From contig JBDHDE010000016.1 in assembly GCA_039591655.1 (NCBI GenBank), positions 17,769 to 81,768 of the forward strand: a DNA stretch of 64,000 nt, in the 5' to 3' direction. A model generated the notes under the pieces. The model worked only from the letters and a program-made list of their open reading frames with translations. It was not told where the DNA came from and searched no databases. This DNA is from Gemmatimonadota bacterium (GTDB lineage Bacteria; Gemmatimonadota; Gemmatimonadetes; Gemmatimonadales; GWC2-71-9). How positions within the stretch are numbered: the first letter of the stretch is position 1; each line of letters starts with the position of its first letter. The position numbers were made by a program, and so were the translations under genes. This document shows positions 48,623 to 57,740 of the stretch, one piece after another.

Positions 48623-50602
48623 CTACCGGAACTCGACGTTCACCAGGGTGGACCACACGAGCCCGTACCGCACCCGGTCCCGTACGGTCACGATGATGCG
48701 GTACTCGCCGGGTGGTACTTCCCCCGGCAAGAGGCGGATGCGCTCCGCTATCACCGGGGCGGCGCGCACCTGCCGGTCGAACCGGATGGTCACCCGCTGG
48801 CCGCCGCGCTCCGGGACGAACGCGTACTCCACCTCGTACCGGGCTCTTCCCAGGGAGTCGGCCGGCAGCTCGTAGATCTCGGTGTACAGGGCGAGGGTGT
48901 CCGCCGCCGGCAGCCGCTTGGTGGCAGGCATCGCACGGGCGACGTCCTCTCGCGTGAACGCCGTGTCGCCCACCGGACCGACCAGGATGCTGGAGAGGCT
49001 GGCCCGCCGCATCCACAGGTACGGTACTACCACAGGCTCGCGCAGCCGGCCGAACCCATCGTCGGTGCGCAGATCGACGGCAACTTGGTGGCGCCCCGAG
49101 CTTGCCTGGAGGACGAACGGGCTCGTACCGGAGACGCGGGCTACCTCGCTCCACTCGTGATCCCACAGTGCTACGGTGCCGGAGGGTGGGGCAGCGCCCA
49201 CGTAGACGAGTTGCTTCCCGCGCTCGGCGCCCCTGAACGTCGCCACCCAGGCGTCCGCGTCGAGGGTCGACTCCACCGAGCTGGAGTCACGTTCCAGCAT
49301 GAGGGTGGCGTTGTGCAGCTCGGTCCAGCGGGTGGGATACATCAGCATGTCGCCGTTCATCTCCACGAACACCACTTGCGCCAGCCGGTCGCCGAACTCG
49401 TAGTGCCACACCTCCAGCTCCAGTCCCCGGGTGAAGCGGCGCTTCGGCTCCCCGAAGCGCAGGTACATGAGTCCGCGTCCGTCCAGGCGATGACGCCGGT
49501 ACTGGGTCGACGAGTCGGGCTCCGGTACGTCGCGTACGTCGACGTAACTGGTGCGGTCTCGGATTCGGGCCAGTGCGCTGGAGGTGTCGGTACCGGTGGC
49601 CGCGTCGTACAGCGGAGCGTCGTGCCACCCCGTGGTGATGTTGGCCACGGTCCGGTGTATGCCGCCCGCGCTGGGGGAGAAGATGCTGCGGTACAGCGGT
49701 GACCGATGGTACATGGCCTGGGGGTGCTCCAGTTGGTACCAGCTGCGCACGTGTGCGAGCCGTATGAAGTGCTCGGCGACGCGCTCGTTCTCCCGGCTGG
49801 TGACGTCGGGCTCCCGCCGGGCCCAGAAAGCCCTGAAGAAGCGAGCCCGGTCCTCGGGTGTTGTGGAGATGTAGCGGGCCTTCTCTTCGGGGGCGGCAAT
49901 GCCCTCCACCTGGTGCCACAGCAGGTGCGTGGAGTCCGAGGCGGCACGCGCCAGCGCCTCGTCATAGTACGGTTGGCCGCGCTCCACGTCGCCCTGCTCG
50001 AAGGCGCACTGCGCCCTGAGCGCCCACACGGGTGCGTCGTCCCGGCCGCCGGCGATGAGCCCCGCGAGAAGCTCGTCGGCCTCTTCGTACCGGCCGGCTT
50101 CGGCCAGCAACTGCGCGCGGCGCCAGTCCGCAGCGGGGTCGCCCGCGCGCCGCGCCAGGATGGAATCGATGCGTCGCAGGCGGGCTGCGCTGTGGTACAT
50201 CTCGTACTGCCAGATCTCCCAGCTGTCGCGGTAGTCGGGATCCAGCTCCCAAAGATGGTACAGCGCATCCCGCATGAGCCGCTCGCCGTCGTCGCCGCGC
50301 AGGGCGAGGCCGACCCGGAGCTGCCAGTAACGCGGTTCCGGGTTGTCGGGATCCATCCGCGCCGCCCGTTCCAGGAGATCCCATGCGGCCCACCGCCCCA
50401 CGGTGGGCCACGCGAGGTGCACTCGCCCCAGCAGGGTCAGCGCCCCGACGTCCGGATCGTTGCGGTTCACGTGGGGCTCTAACAGCTCCCGAGCCGCCGC
50501 GAGCTCTCCCGCCACGAGCAACGACTCCGCCCGGGCGTACGGCGGAGCGGAGGCTTGGGGGAACGCTGCGGTGAGCGCCAGGGCGAGGAGTTGTGCGGTC
50601 AC
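48623..50602 (-). CDS. Secreted TPR + divergent GWxTD-like + Ig-like protein (copy A)
   Basis: GTG 50602 overlaps macrodomain stop; YARAESLLV; FWARREPDVTSRENERVAEHFIRL; DGRGLMYLRFGEP. Confidence 0.8.
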   Translation of the reverse strand: MTAQLLALALTAAFPQASAPPYARAESLLVAGELAAARELLEPHVNRNDPDVGALTLLGRVHLAWPTVGRWAAWDLLERAARMDPDNPEPRYWQLRVGLALRGDDGERLMRDALYHLWELDPDYRDSWEIWQYEMYHSAARLRRIDSILARRAGDPAADWRRAQLLAEAGRYEEADELLAGLIAGGRDDAPVWALRAQCAFEQGDVERGQPYYDEALARAASDSTHLLWHQVEGIAAPEEKARYISTTPEDRARFFRAFWARREPDVTSRENERVAEHFIRLAHVRSWYQLEHPQAMYHRSPLYRSIFSPSAGGIHRTVANITTGWHDAPLYDAATGTDTSSALARIRDRTSYVDVRDVPEPDSSTQYRRHRLDGRGLMYLRFGEPKRRFTRGLELEVWHYEFGDRLAQVVFVEMNGDMLMYPTRWTELHNATLMLERDSSSVESTLDADAWVATFRGAERGKQLVYVGAAPPSGTVALWDHEWSEVARVSGTSPFVLQASSGRHQVAVDLRTDDGFGRLREPVVVPYLWMRRASLSSILVGPVGDTAFTREDVARAMPATKRLPAADTLALYTEIYELPADSLGRARYEVEYAFVPERGGQRVTIRFDRQVRAAPVIAERIRLLPGEVPPGEYRIIVTVRDRVRYGLVWSTLVNVEFR

Positions 50603-51093
50603 CCCATGATCCGTTCCAGTGTCGCTGCCTGCTCCGGCAGGAAGCCGTAGAACACGATCTCGTCGAGCTGGCCGGCATCGTGCGACTCGCGGATGGCGTC
50701 GCGCATAACGGTCGCGGCCCGTTCGAACTCGAACCCGCCGATGCCGCTCCCCAACACGGGGAAGGCGACGCCCTTGGCGCCGTGCTGCAGGGCCAGCCCG
50801 AGGCTCGCTAAGGTGCTCTCGCGGATAGAGCGCTCGGAGACGGCCTCGTCCCCCATGGCTGCGGCGTGAATCACCCACTTGGCCTTCATCTCGCCCGCCC
50901 CGGTGATGGCTGCCTCACCCACCCGGATCGGGCCGTGGCGATCGCACTCCTGCTGGATGGAAGGCCCTCCGGCGCGACGGATCGCTCCCGCGACGCCCGC
51001 GCCGAGCTGGAGGTGATTGTTGGCGGCGTTGACGACCGCGTCCCCCTCGTAGGCCGTGATGTCGCCCTGGCGCACCGAGAGTGGCGAAGGCAT
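50599..51093 (-). CDS. Macrodomain protein (MacroD/YmdB-like)
   Basis: GDIT, DAVVNAAN, GAGVAGAI..AGG, VIHA, FPVLGSGIGGF; TGATG overlap. Confidence 0.9.
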   Translation of the reverse strand: MPSPLSVRQGDITAYEGDAVVNAANNHLQLGAGVAGAIRRAGGPSIQQECDRHGPIRVGEAAITGAGEMKAKWVIHAAAMGDEAVSERSIRESTLASLGLALQHGAKGVAFPVLGSGIGGFEFERAATVMRDAIRESHDAGQLDEIVFYGFLPEQAATLERIMG

Positions 51094-51929
51094 CACTCGT
51101 CGTCGCGCAGCTCCCGGCTCATCTCGTCCAGGAGCCGGCGCTCGTCCGGCGTGAGGCTGCCCAGCCCGCTCTGCGAGATCTTGTCCAGCACCCGGTCGAG
51201 CTCGTCCTGCCGCTCGTGGGCGGGCTCGCCGTTGCCGGCGTTCGCGGCGGGCGACGCGGCAGGGCGCGGCTGGCGAGAGCGACGCTGCGGCACCACGTGG
51301 GCAACTTCCCGGGCCCGAACCGCGGCACGGGCTCGCCGCATCACGGCCTTCTCGCTCCTCAGGTAGATGAAGCCGAAGAGGAAGCCCCCGAGGTGAGCTA
51401 GGTGGGCCACGCCGTCGCTGGCGCCGCCGATGGCGGCCACGAGGTTGACCGTTGCGAGAAACACCACGAGCCACTTCGCCTTGACGGGGACGGGGAGCGG
51501 GAAGACGTAGATGGGGGCGTCGGGCCAATGCATCGCGAAGGCGAGCGAAACGCCGAACACGGCGGCGGAGGCGCCCACGAACGGAGTGACCGGTGTCAAG
51601 AACGAAACCGCGAACGAGAACGCTGCCCCGCCGAGGCCGCAGATGAAGTAGTACAGCGCGAACGCGGTCCCGCCCATGCGCTCCTCCACGGCGGGGCCGA
51701 AGATGAACAGCATGAGCATGTTGAACGCGAGGTGCAGGAACCCCGCGTGCACGAACATGTAGCTCACGAAGCCCCACCAGCGCCGTGCCGCCTCGGCCGG
51801 GCTGAACGCGAACAGCTCGTAGAACCAGGGGCCGGTGAATACCGTGATGGTGAGCAGGTACACCACCGCATTGGCGATGATGAGACCCCGCACCCATGGG
51901 GTGAGCGAGAACATCGAGCGCGGCCGCAT
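51093..51929 (-). CDS. Rhomboid intramembrane serine protease with C-terminal helical tail
   Basis: HLAFNM, GASAAVFG, VAHLAHLGG; tail DELDRVLDKISQSGLGSLT. Confidence 0.9.
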   Translation of the reverse strand: MRPRSMFSLTPWVRGLIIANAVVYLLTITVFTGPWFYELFAFSPAEAARRWWGFVSYMFVHAGFLHLAFNMLMLFIFGPAVEERMGGTAFALYYFICGLGGAAFSFAVSFLTPVTPFVGASAAVFGVSLAFAMHWPDAPIYVFPLPVPVKAKWLVVFLATVNLVAAIGGASDGVAHLAHLGGFLFGFIYLRSEKAVMRRARAAVRAREVAHVVPQRRSRQPRPAASPAANAGNGEPAHERQDELDRVLDKISQSGLGSLTPDERRLLDEMSRELRDDE

Positions 51930-51948
51930 ATCTATGTAAATGTAGACC

Positions 51949-52974
51949 TTAGGCTCGCACTTTGTTCCGGCTTGCCACCCGTGCCAGCGCCAGGCGGCAG
52001 ATCCGGTGGCACAGCTCCTGGAAGGAGATGCCCATCGCCTGCGCCGACTGCGGCAGCAGGCTGGTAGCGGTGAGTCCAGGGAGCGTGTTGACCTCGAGGC
52101 AGTACGGCGTGTCGTCGGCCGCGAGCCGGAAATCCACTCGGGAGAAGTCGCGCAGCTTGAGGGTGTGGTGCGCCAGGCGGGCGAGCTGCCGCAGGCGGTC
52201 GGCCAGGGCGCCAGGAATGTCCGCCGGGAAGATCTCCTGGGTCATGCCCGGCGTGTACTTGCACTCGTAGTCGAAGATCTCGTGGCTGGGAATGATCTCG
52301 CCTACGGAAAGGGGCTCGCCCCCGAGGATCCCCACCGTGAGCTCGCGTCCCGCGGCGTACTCCTCGAGCATCGCTTCGTCGTCGTACTCCAGGGCGAGAT
52401 CCACGGCCCGTTCCACGTCGTCGGGTCCGTCGACTAACGTGAGTCCCACGGTGGACCCGGCCTTCGAGGGCTTCACGATCAGCGGGAAGCCGAGGCCCGT
52501 GATCTCCTCGGGCGTCGCCGGCCACATGTACCATGGTGCGGTGGGAATCCCGGCGTCGCGGAACAGGCGCTTGGCAACGTCCTTGTCCATCGCCAGGACA
52601 CTCCCCACTGGATCGCTGCCGGCGTAGGGCAAGGCCGCCGCGTCCAGGAGGCTCTGCATCTCGCCGCCTTCCCCCTGGCGTCCGTGGAGCACCGGGAAGA
52701 TGAGGTCCACCTCTCTGAGCACCGTGAGCCGGGCGAGCTCCCCACCCAACTCTCGTTTGGCGAGCGCCGCGAGTTCCTCGAGGGTGGGCGGCTCTCTACC
52801 CACGGGCACCAGCCGCTCCCGCTCTTGATCGGGAGAGAGCGTACCGTCCACGGTATCCACTACGACGACCTCGTAGCCCCCCGCGCGGAGCGCCGCCACC
52901 ACCTGGCCGGCGCCCGCTAGGGCGACGTCGCGCTCCGGTGTGGAGCCGCCGGTGAGAACGGCGATGCGGGTCAT
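51949..52974 (-). CDS. ddl: D-alanine--D-alanine ligase
   Basis: GGSTPERDV, LHGRQGEGG, MDK, GSTVG, FDYECKY, EVNTLPG. Confidence 0.93.
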   Translation of the reverse strand: MTRIAVLTGGSTPERDVALAGAGQVVAALRAGGYEVVVVDTVDGTLSPDQERERLVPVGREPPTLEELAALAKRELGGELARLTVLREVDLIFPVLHGRQGEGGEMQSLLDAAALPYAGSDPVGSVLAMDKDVAKRLFRDAGIPTAPWYMWPATPEEITGLGFPLIVKPSKAGSTVGLTLVDGPDDVERAVDLALEYDDEAMLEEYAAGRELTVGILGGEPLSVGEIIPSHEIFDYECKYTPGMTQEIFPADIPGALADRLRQLARLAHHTLKLRDFSRVDFRLAADDTPYCLEVNTLPGLTATSLLPQSAQAMGISFQELCHRICRLALARVASRNKVRA

Positions 52975-53360
52975 GCCGGTCGGTACTCCACTCGGTACTG
53001 CGGCGTTTCCCACAGCTCCACCGCGTCCACCCGGGCCGTGGGCGCCGTTTCCGCGAGCTGCTGTGTGACCCGCCGGCAGACGACGACGGCCACCTGCTCC
53101 GCCGTGGGCGGCCCCTCGCGGAACGGCTCCAGGTCGTTCAGGTAGGCGTGATCGAAGTCGGCCACAGCGGTGCGCACCGCGCCCTCGATGGTGCGGAAGT
53201 CCACCGCCATCCCCCCGTCGTCGAGGGCGTCCGCCGCCACCTGGACCGTGAGGCGCACACGCCAGTTGTGGCCGTGCATGCGCTCGCACTTCTCCACCCC
53301 GGGCAGCGTGTGGGCCGCGGAAAAGCTCGTCTCGGCGGAAAGGAGGTATTGGGCCGTCAC
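52971..53360 (-). CDS. queD: 6-carboxytetrahydropterin synthase
   Basis: FSAAH, CERMHGHNW, FDHAYLND, PTAE, WETP. Confidence 0.9.
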   Translation of the reverse strand: MTAQYLLSAETSFSAAHTLPGVEKCERMHGHNWRVRLTVQVAADALDDGGMAVDFRTIEGAVRTAVADFDHAYLNDLEPFREGPPTAEQVAVVVCRRVTQQLAETAPTARVDAVELWETPQYRVEYRPA

Positions 53361-54745
53361 CGAATCCCCGCCATGTGGTGCAACACGTCGTAGCGTGTCA
53401 CGATCCCGCTCAGGCGACCGGCCCTGCGCACCAGCACGGCCGGTGTCTCGCGGGAGAGCAAATCGGAGACCTGGTCGATGGATGCGTCGGCTTCCACTAC
53501 CGGAAAGGGTTGCTCCATGATCTCCCGCACCGGCTGCTCGAGCACCACCGGGTGCGCGATGGCCCGAGCCATGAGGTTCGACTCGTTCAGCGCACCGACG
53601 CACTGCTGCGCCTCGACGATGGGGAGCTGGGAGATATCGTACGTCTCCATCAGATTGAGGGCCTGGCGCACAGTCTGGGCGGGGGCCACGGTCACGAGCT
53701 CCGGCGCGCCGTCGGCCTTGACGGCGAGGAGGCCCTCCGCGGTCACACGCTCCACCTCGAGCATCTGGTTCTCCCGCAGCCACTCGTCGTTGAACACCTT
53801 GGAGAGATAACGCTCGCCCGTGTCGCATAGGAGGGCCACGATCAGAGCGTCGGGGTCGTGCAACTCCCGTGCGATCTTCAGCGCGACGCTCACGATGAGC
53901 CCGGTGGAGCCGCCCACGAACAGCCCCTCTTCGCGGGTCAGTCGCCGGGCCATGTGGAACGCGTCCTTGTCGCTGACCGTGTGGAACGCGTCCACGACAT
54001 CGTAGTGCAGCGTGCCGGGGATCTTGTCGCCGCCGATCCCCTCCACCTTGTAGGGATGGCCCTCCCCCACCTGCTTGGTGTCGGCGTACTCGGCGTATAC
54101 CGAGCCTTCCGGCTCGCCCACCACGACCTGGACCTTGGGGTTCTTCTCCTTGAGGTAGCGTCCGGCTCCGCTCAGTGTGCCCCCCGTGCCGGCGCCACCG
54201 ATAACGTGGGTGATCTTCCCGTCGGTCTGGTCCCACAGCTCGGGACCGGTAGTGCGGTAATGCGCCTCGGGGTTGGCTTCGTTGTAGAACTGATTCGCCA
54301 GGATCGCCCCGGGGGTCCTCTCCGTGATCGCCTTGGCCTTCATGACGTAGTTCTCGGGGTGGTCCGGCGGCACTGCGGTGGGTGTGATGATCACCTCCGC
54401 GCCGAAGGCCTTGAGCAGCCGTACCTTTTCGGAGGACATCTTGTCGGGCATCGTGAAGATGCAGCGGTAGCCCTTGAGCGCCGCTGCCAGCGCCAGCCCC
54501 ACTCCCGTGTTCCCCGAGGTCCCCTCGACGATGATGCCTCCCGGCTTGAGCACTCCCCTTCGCTCGGCGTCGTCGATGATCGCGATCCCGATGCGGTCCT
54601 TCACCGAGCCGCCGGGATTGAAGAACTCCGCCTTGCCGTAGACCGGTGTGCGGATCCCGGCCGTCACGCGATTCAGGCGGATGAGTGGAGTCCACCCGAT
54701 GGTGTCGAGAACGTTGTCGTAGGGCTTCCTGTGGCGCTCGCTCAC
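53357..54745 (-). CDS. cbs: Cystathionine beta-synthase with CBS domains
   Basis: NPGGSVKDR, TSGNTG, GAGTGGT, EGIG, CDTGERYLSK, C-terminal CBS pair. Confidence 0.9.
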   Translation of the reverse strand: MSERHRKPYDNVLDTIGWTPLIRLNRVTAGIRTPVYGKAEFFNPGGSVKDRIGIAIIDDAERRGVLKPGGIIVEGTSGNTGVGLALAAALKGYRCIFTMPDKMSSEKVRLLKAFGAEVIITPTAVPPDHPENYVMKAKAITERTPGAILANQFYNEANPEAHYRTTGPELWDQTDGKITHVIGGAGTGGTLSGAGRYLKEKNPKVQVVVGEPEGSVYAEYADTKQVGEGHPYKVEGIGGDKIPGTLHYDVVDAFHTVSDKDAFHMARRLTREEGLFVGGSTGLIVSVALKIARELHDPDALIVALLCDTGERYLSKVFNDEWLRENQMLEVERVTAEGLLAVKADGAPELVTVAPAQTVRQALNLMETYDISQLPIVEAQQCVGALNESNLMARAIAHPVVLEQPVREIMEQPFPVVEADASIDQVSDLLSRETPAVLVRRAGRLSGIVTRYDVLHHMAGIR

Positions 54746-55140
54746 GATCCACCTCCCCCCGATCCGTCGGGCAGCCGGAAGTGCACCGGCTGCAGAAACG
54801 ACGTGGTCACCGGCGTGCCGTTGCTCTGCGCCGGTGCGAACCGCATCTGGGCTACGCCGGCTAAAGCGGCCGAGTCGAGTCCGGCGTAGCCACTTCCCTC
54901 GGCGACAAGGGTGGAGTCCGGAACGACGGCTCCCGTTTCGTCCACGAAGAGACGCAGGACCACGGTGCCCTCCACGCCATCCCGATAGAGGTCCGGCGGG
55001 TAGCTGATGGGAGACTCCGCGTTCACCACCACCGGCACCTCGAACCCGCTTCTCGACTGTTCCGACGCCTCGTCGGGCACCGCGGACTCCTCCGCTCCGC
55101 ACGCTGCCAGCAGCGCGGCCGCTATCCACAAATGGCGCAT
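54742..55140 (-). CDS. TonB C-terminal domain lipoprotein
   Basis: LLAAC lipobox; YPP..GVEGTVVLRLFVDETG...SG..GLDSAAL...FAPA..NG.PV. Confidence 0.8.
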   Translation of the reverse strand: MRHLWIAAALLAACGAEESAVPDEASEQSRSGFEVPVVVNAESPISYPPDLYRDGVEGTVVLRLFVDETGAVVPDSTLVAEGSGYAGLDSAALAGVAQMRFAPAQSNGTPVTTSFLQPVHFRLPDGSGGGGS

Positions 55141-55142
55141 CA

Positions 55143-57740
55143 CTAATCCTCTGCCCTTCGTTTGAGTTCCGCCAGCCGCGACAGGGCCTCGAGGGGCGTC
55201 ATCCGCTCGGGGTCGAGCTCCTGCAGCTCCTTGACGAGAGGATGCTCTCCCGGCGCGAACAGGGCCAGCTGCTGCGCGTCGGGAGGGGACGGCGGAGCAG
55301 CGCCGGCCACATGGTGACCCGATTCCAGCAAGGTGAGGATCTCCCAGGCCCTGTGCACGACGCCCCCGGGCAATCCGGCCAGGCGGCCCACATGAATCCC
55401 GTAGGATCGGTCGGACCCGCCGGGCTCGAGGCGGTGCAGGAAGACGATGTCGTCGCCCGACTCCTGCACGGCCACGTTGTAGTTGCGGGCGTGCTGGAGC
55501 TCCTCGGTGAGCTGGGTGAGCTCGTGGTAGTGTGTTGCGAAGATCGTCTTGCACCCCACCTGGTCGTGGAGGTGCTCCGTGACGGCCCACGCGATGGCGA
55601 CCCCGTCGTACGTCGCGGTGCCCCGACCGATCTCATCCAGCAGCACTAGGCTGCGGTCCGTGGCGCCCCGCAGGATGGCACTGGTCTCGCTCATCTCCAC
55701 CATGAACGTGGAGTGGCCGCGCCCCAGCGCGTCGCTGGCTCCCACGCGAGTGAACACGCGGTCCACGACTCCGATTCTCGCCGCGGACGCCGGCACGAAG
55801 GATCCCATTTGGGCCAGGATCACCGCCAGGCCGGCCTGGCGGAGCACCGTGGACTTCCCGGCCATGTTGGGTCCCGTGAGCAGTATGACCCGGGCGGCGT
55901 CGTCGAGCCTGATGTCGTTGGGGATGAAGCGCCCCGGTGGCAGCGTCCGCTCGACCACCGGGTGTCGGGACTGCGTGAGCTGGAGCTCCTTGTCTGCGGT
56001 GACCTCGGGGCGGGTGTAGCGCTCCCGCTCGGCGGTCTCTGCCAGCGCGGCGAACACGTCCAGCGCCGCCACGGTGCGCCCTGCACGCCGCAGCCGCGGC
56101 AGCCGCTCGCCGACGGCGCGGCACAGTGCACCCACCAACTCCCGCTCGCGCTGGAGCGCCTGCTCCTCCGCTCCCAAAACCCGTGCCTCGTGGTCCTTCA
56201 GCTCGGCGGTGACGTACCGCTCGGCGTTGGTGAGCGTCTGGCGCCGCTCGTAGTGCGCCGGCACCGAGTCCCTGTGGGTCTTGGTGACCTCGATGTAGTA
56301 GCCGAAGACCCTGTTGTAGCCGACCTTCAGCGACGAGATACCGGTGCGCTGCCGCTCGGCCGCCTGGAGTCCGGCAATGGTGCGCTTCCCGCCGTCCCGT
56401 AGGTCGCGCACCTCGTCGAGCGCCGGGTCGGCCCCGGGGCGGATCGTGTCACCCTCGCCGAGGCTCGCCGGGGGCCGCTCCACCAAGGTGCGGGTCAGCT
56501 CGTCGCTGAGGTCCCCGAGGAGGTCGAACCCGTCGGCCAGCTCCTCCAGCTCCGTGCTTCGCTCCCGGGAGCCGAGTCCGTCCAACGCCGCCTTCACGTC
56601 AGGCAGCCGTGCCAGGGATTCCCTGAGGCCACCCAGGTCCCGAGGGCTCGCGCGACCTGCGGCGGTGCGGCCGGCCAGGCGCTCGACATCACGCACCCCG
56701 TCCAGCGCATCCCACAGGCGCTCCCGGCCCCGGGGGTCGCCGACCAGCACCTCCACGGCGTCGAGCCGTGCGGTGATGCCCTCCACCGTTCGTAGCGGGG
56801 CGAGGAGCCACTGGCGGAGCAAGCGCGCGCCCATCGGCGTCACGCTGCGATCCAACACCTGCAACAGCGTCCCGCCTTCCTCCCCGGGGCGCATGGGCTC
56901 CACCAACTCGAGGTTGTGCCGCGTCATCTCATCCAGCGGCATGGTGGCGCCCACCCGCCGCACCGAGGGCGGCGCGAGCTGGGGCAGCCCCCCGGGCTGC
57001 AGCTCGGCGGCGTAGCGCAGCAGTGCCCCCGCGGCGCGCAGCGCCGGCCGGTCCGCGTCGCCGATGCCGAGGCCCTCCAGGCCGTGCAGCCCGAAGCGGC
57101 CCGTTATCTCGTCCGCGGCCTGCTGGGCGTCGAACTCCCAGCGCTCCCGAGAGGTGATCATGGGGCTCGCGCCGAGTGCGGGGAGAGCCTCGTCCTCCGG
57201 GACCACGATCTCCCGGGCGTCGTAGCGTGCAAAGGCGGCCGCAAGATCGGAGACCTCGACCGTCTCGAGGATGAACTCGCCGGTGGAGAGGTCCAGGGCC
57301 GCTACCCCTACCGCGTCCCCTGGGACGATCGCGACGAGGAAGTTGTTGCGCGCGCCGTCGAGCCACTCCCGGCCCAGGATCGCGCCGGGGCTCACAGTCT
57401 CGATCACCTCGCGCCGCACCAGGCCCTTGGCGTGCTTCGGATCCTCGACCTGCTCGCACACCGCCACCCGGTATCCCCGCTCCACGAGGCGGCGCAGGTA
57501 CTCGTCGGCGGCCTTCACCGGCACTCCGGCGAGGGGGATGTTGGCGGCCGCCCCGTTGTTGCGTGTGGTGAGGGTGAGGCCGAGCTCCCGCGCGGCGAGC
57601 TTCGCGTCGTCGAGGAACATCTCGTAGAAGTCGCCCATCCGGAAGAACAGAATCGCGTCGGTGTGGCGCGCTTTGATCTCTCGGTACTGCTGCATCAGGG
57701 GTGTGTCGGGTGCGGCAGGGGTGCTTCGCCTCCGGCTCAC
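55143..57740 (-). CDS. mutS: DNA mismatch repair protein MutS
   Basis: TPLMQQY, GDFYEMF, TGPNMAGKST, STFMVEM, DEIGRGT, FATHYHEL. Confidence 0.98.
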   Translation of the reverse strand: MSRRRSTPAAPDTPLMQQYREIKARHTDAILFFRMGDFYEMFLDDAKLAARELGLTLTTRNNGAAANIPLAGVPVKAADEYLRRLVERGYRVAVCEQVEDPKHAKGLVRREVIETVSPGAILGREWLDGARNNFLVAIVPGDAVGVAALDLSTGEFILETVEVSDLAAAFARYDAREIVVPEDEALPALGASPMITSRERWEFDAQQAADEITGRFGLHGLEGLGIGDADRPALRAAGALLRYAAELQPGGLPQLAPPSVRRVGATMPLDEMTRHNLELVEPMRPGEEGGTLLQVLDRSVTPMGARLLRQWLLAPLRTVEGITARLDAVEVLVGDPRGRERLWDALDGVRDVERLAGRTAAGRASPRDLGGLRESLARLPDVKAALDGLGSRERSTELEELADGFDLLGDLSDELTRTLVERPPASLGEGDTIRPGADPALDEVRDLRDGGKRTIAGLQAAERQRTGISSLKVGYNRVFGYYIEVTKTHRDSVPAHYERRQTLTNAERYVTAELKDHEARVLGAEEQALQRERELVGALCRAVGERLPRLRRAGRTVAALDVFAALAETAERERYTRPEVTADKELQLTQSRHPVVERTLPPGRFIPNDIRLDDAARVILLTGPNMAGKSTVLRQAGLAVILAQMGSFVPASAARIGVVDRVFTRVGASDALGRGHSTFMVEMSETSAILRGATDRSLVLLDEIGRGTATYDGVAIAWAVTEHLHDQVGCKTIFATHYHELTQLTEELQHARNYNVAVQESGDDIVFLHRLEPGGSDRSYGIHVGRLAGLPGGVVHRAWEILTLLESGHHVAGAAPPSPPDAQQLALFAPGEHPLVKELQELDPERMTPLEALSRLAELKRRAED

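Noticed and set aside
44619..50602. Triplet as a DGR target, CRISPR-like array or assembly duplication
   Set aside because: No reverse transcriptase or adenine-specific TR/VR pair, no short regular repeats, and the copies are well diverged
50599..51093. Macrodomain as DarG antitoxin or defence gene
   Set aside because: Stand-alone MacroD-type domain with no darT, sirtuin or effector nearby
52971..53360. queD as part of a 7-deazaguanine DNA-modification (dpd) island
   Set aside because: No dpdA, queC, queE or folE adjacent; housekeeping context
55122..55130. DnaA-box-like CTATCCACA
   Set aside because: Single one-mismatch box inside coding sequence (Leu-Trp-Ile codons); likely chance
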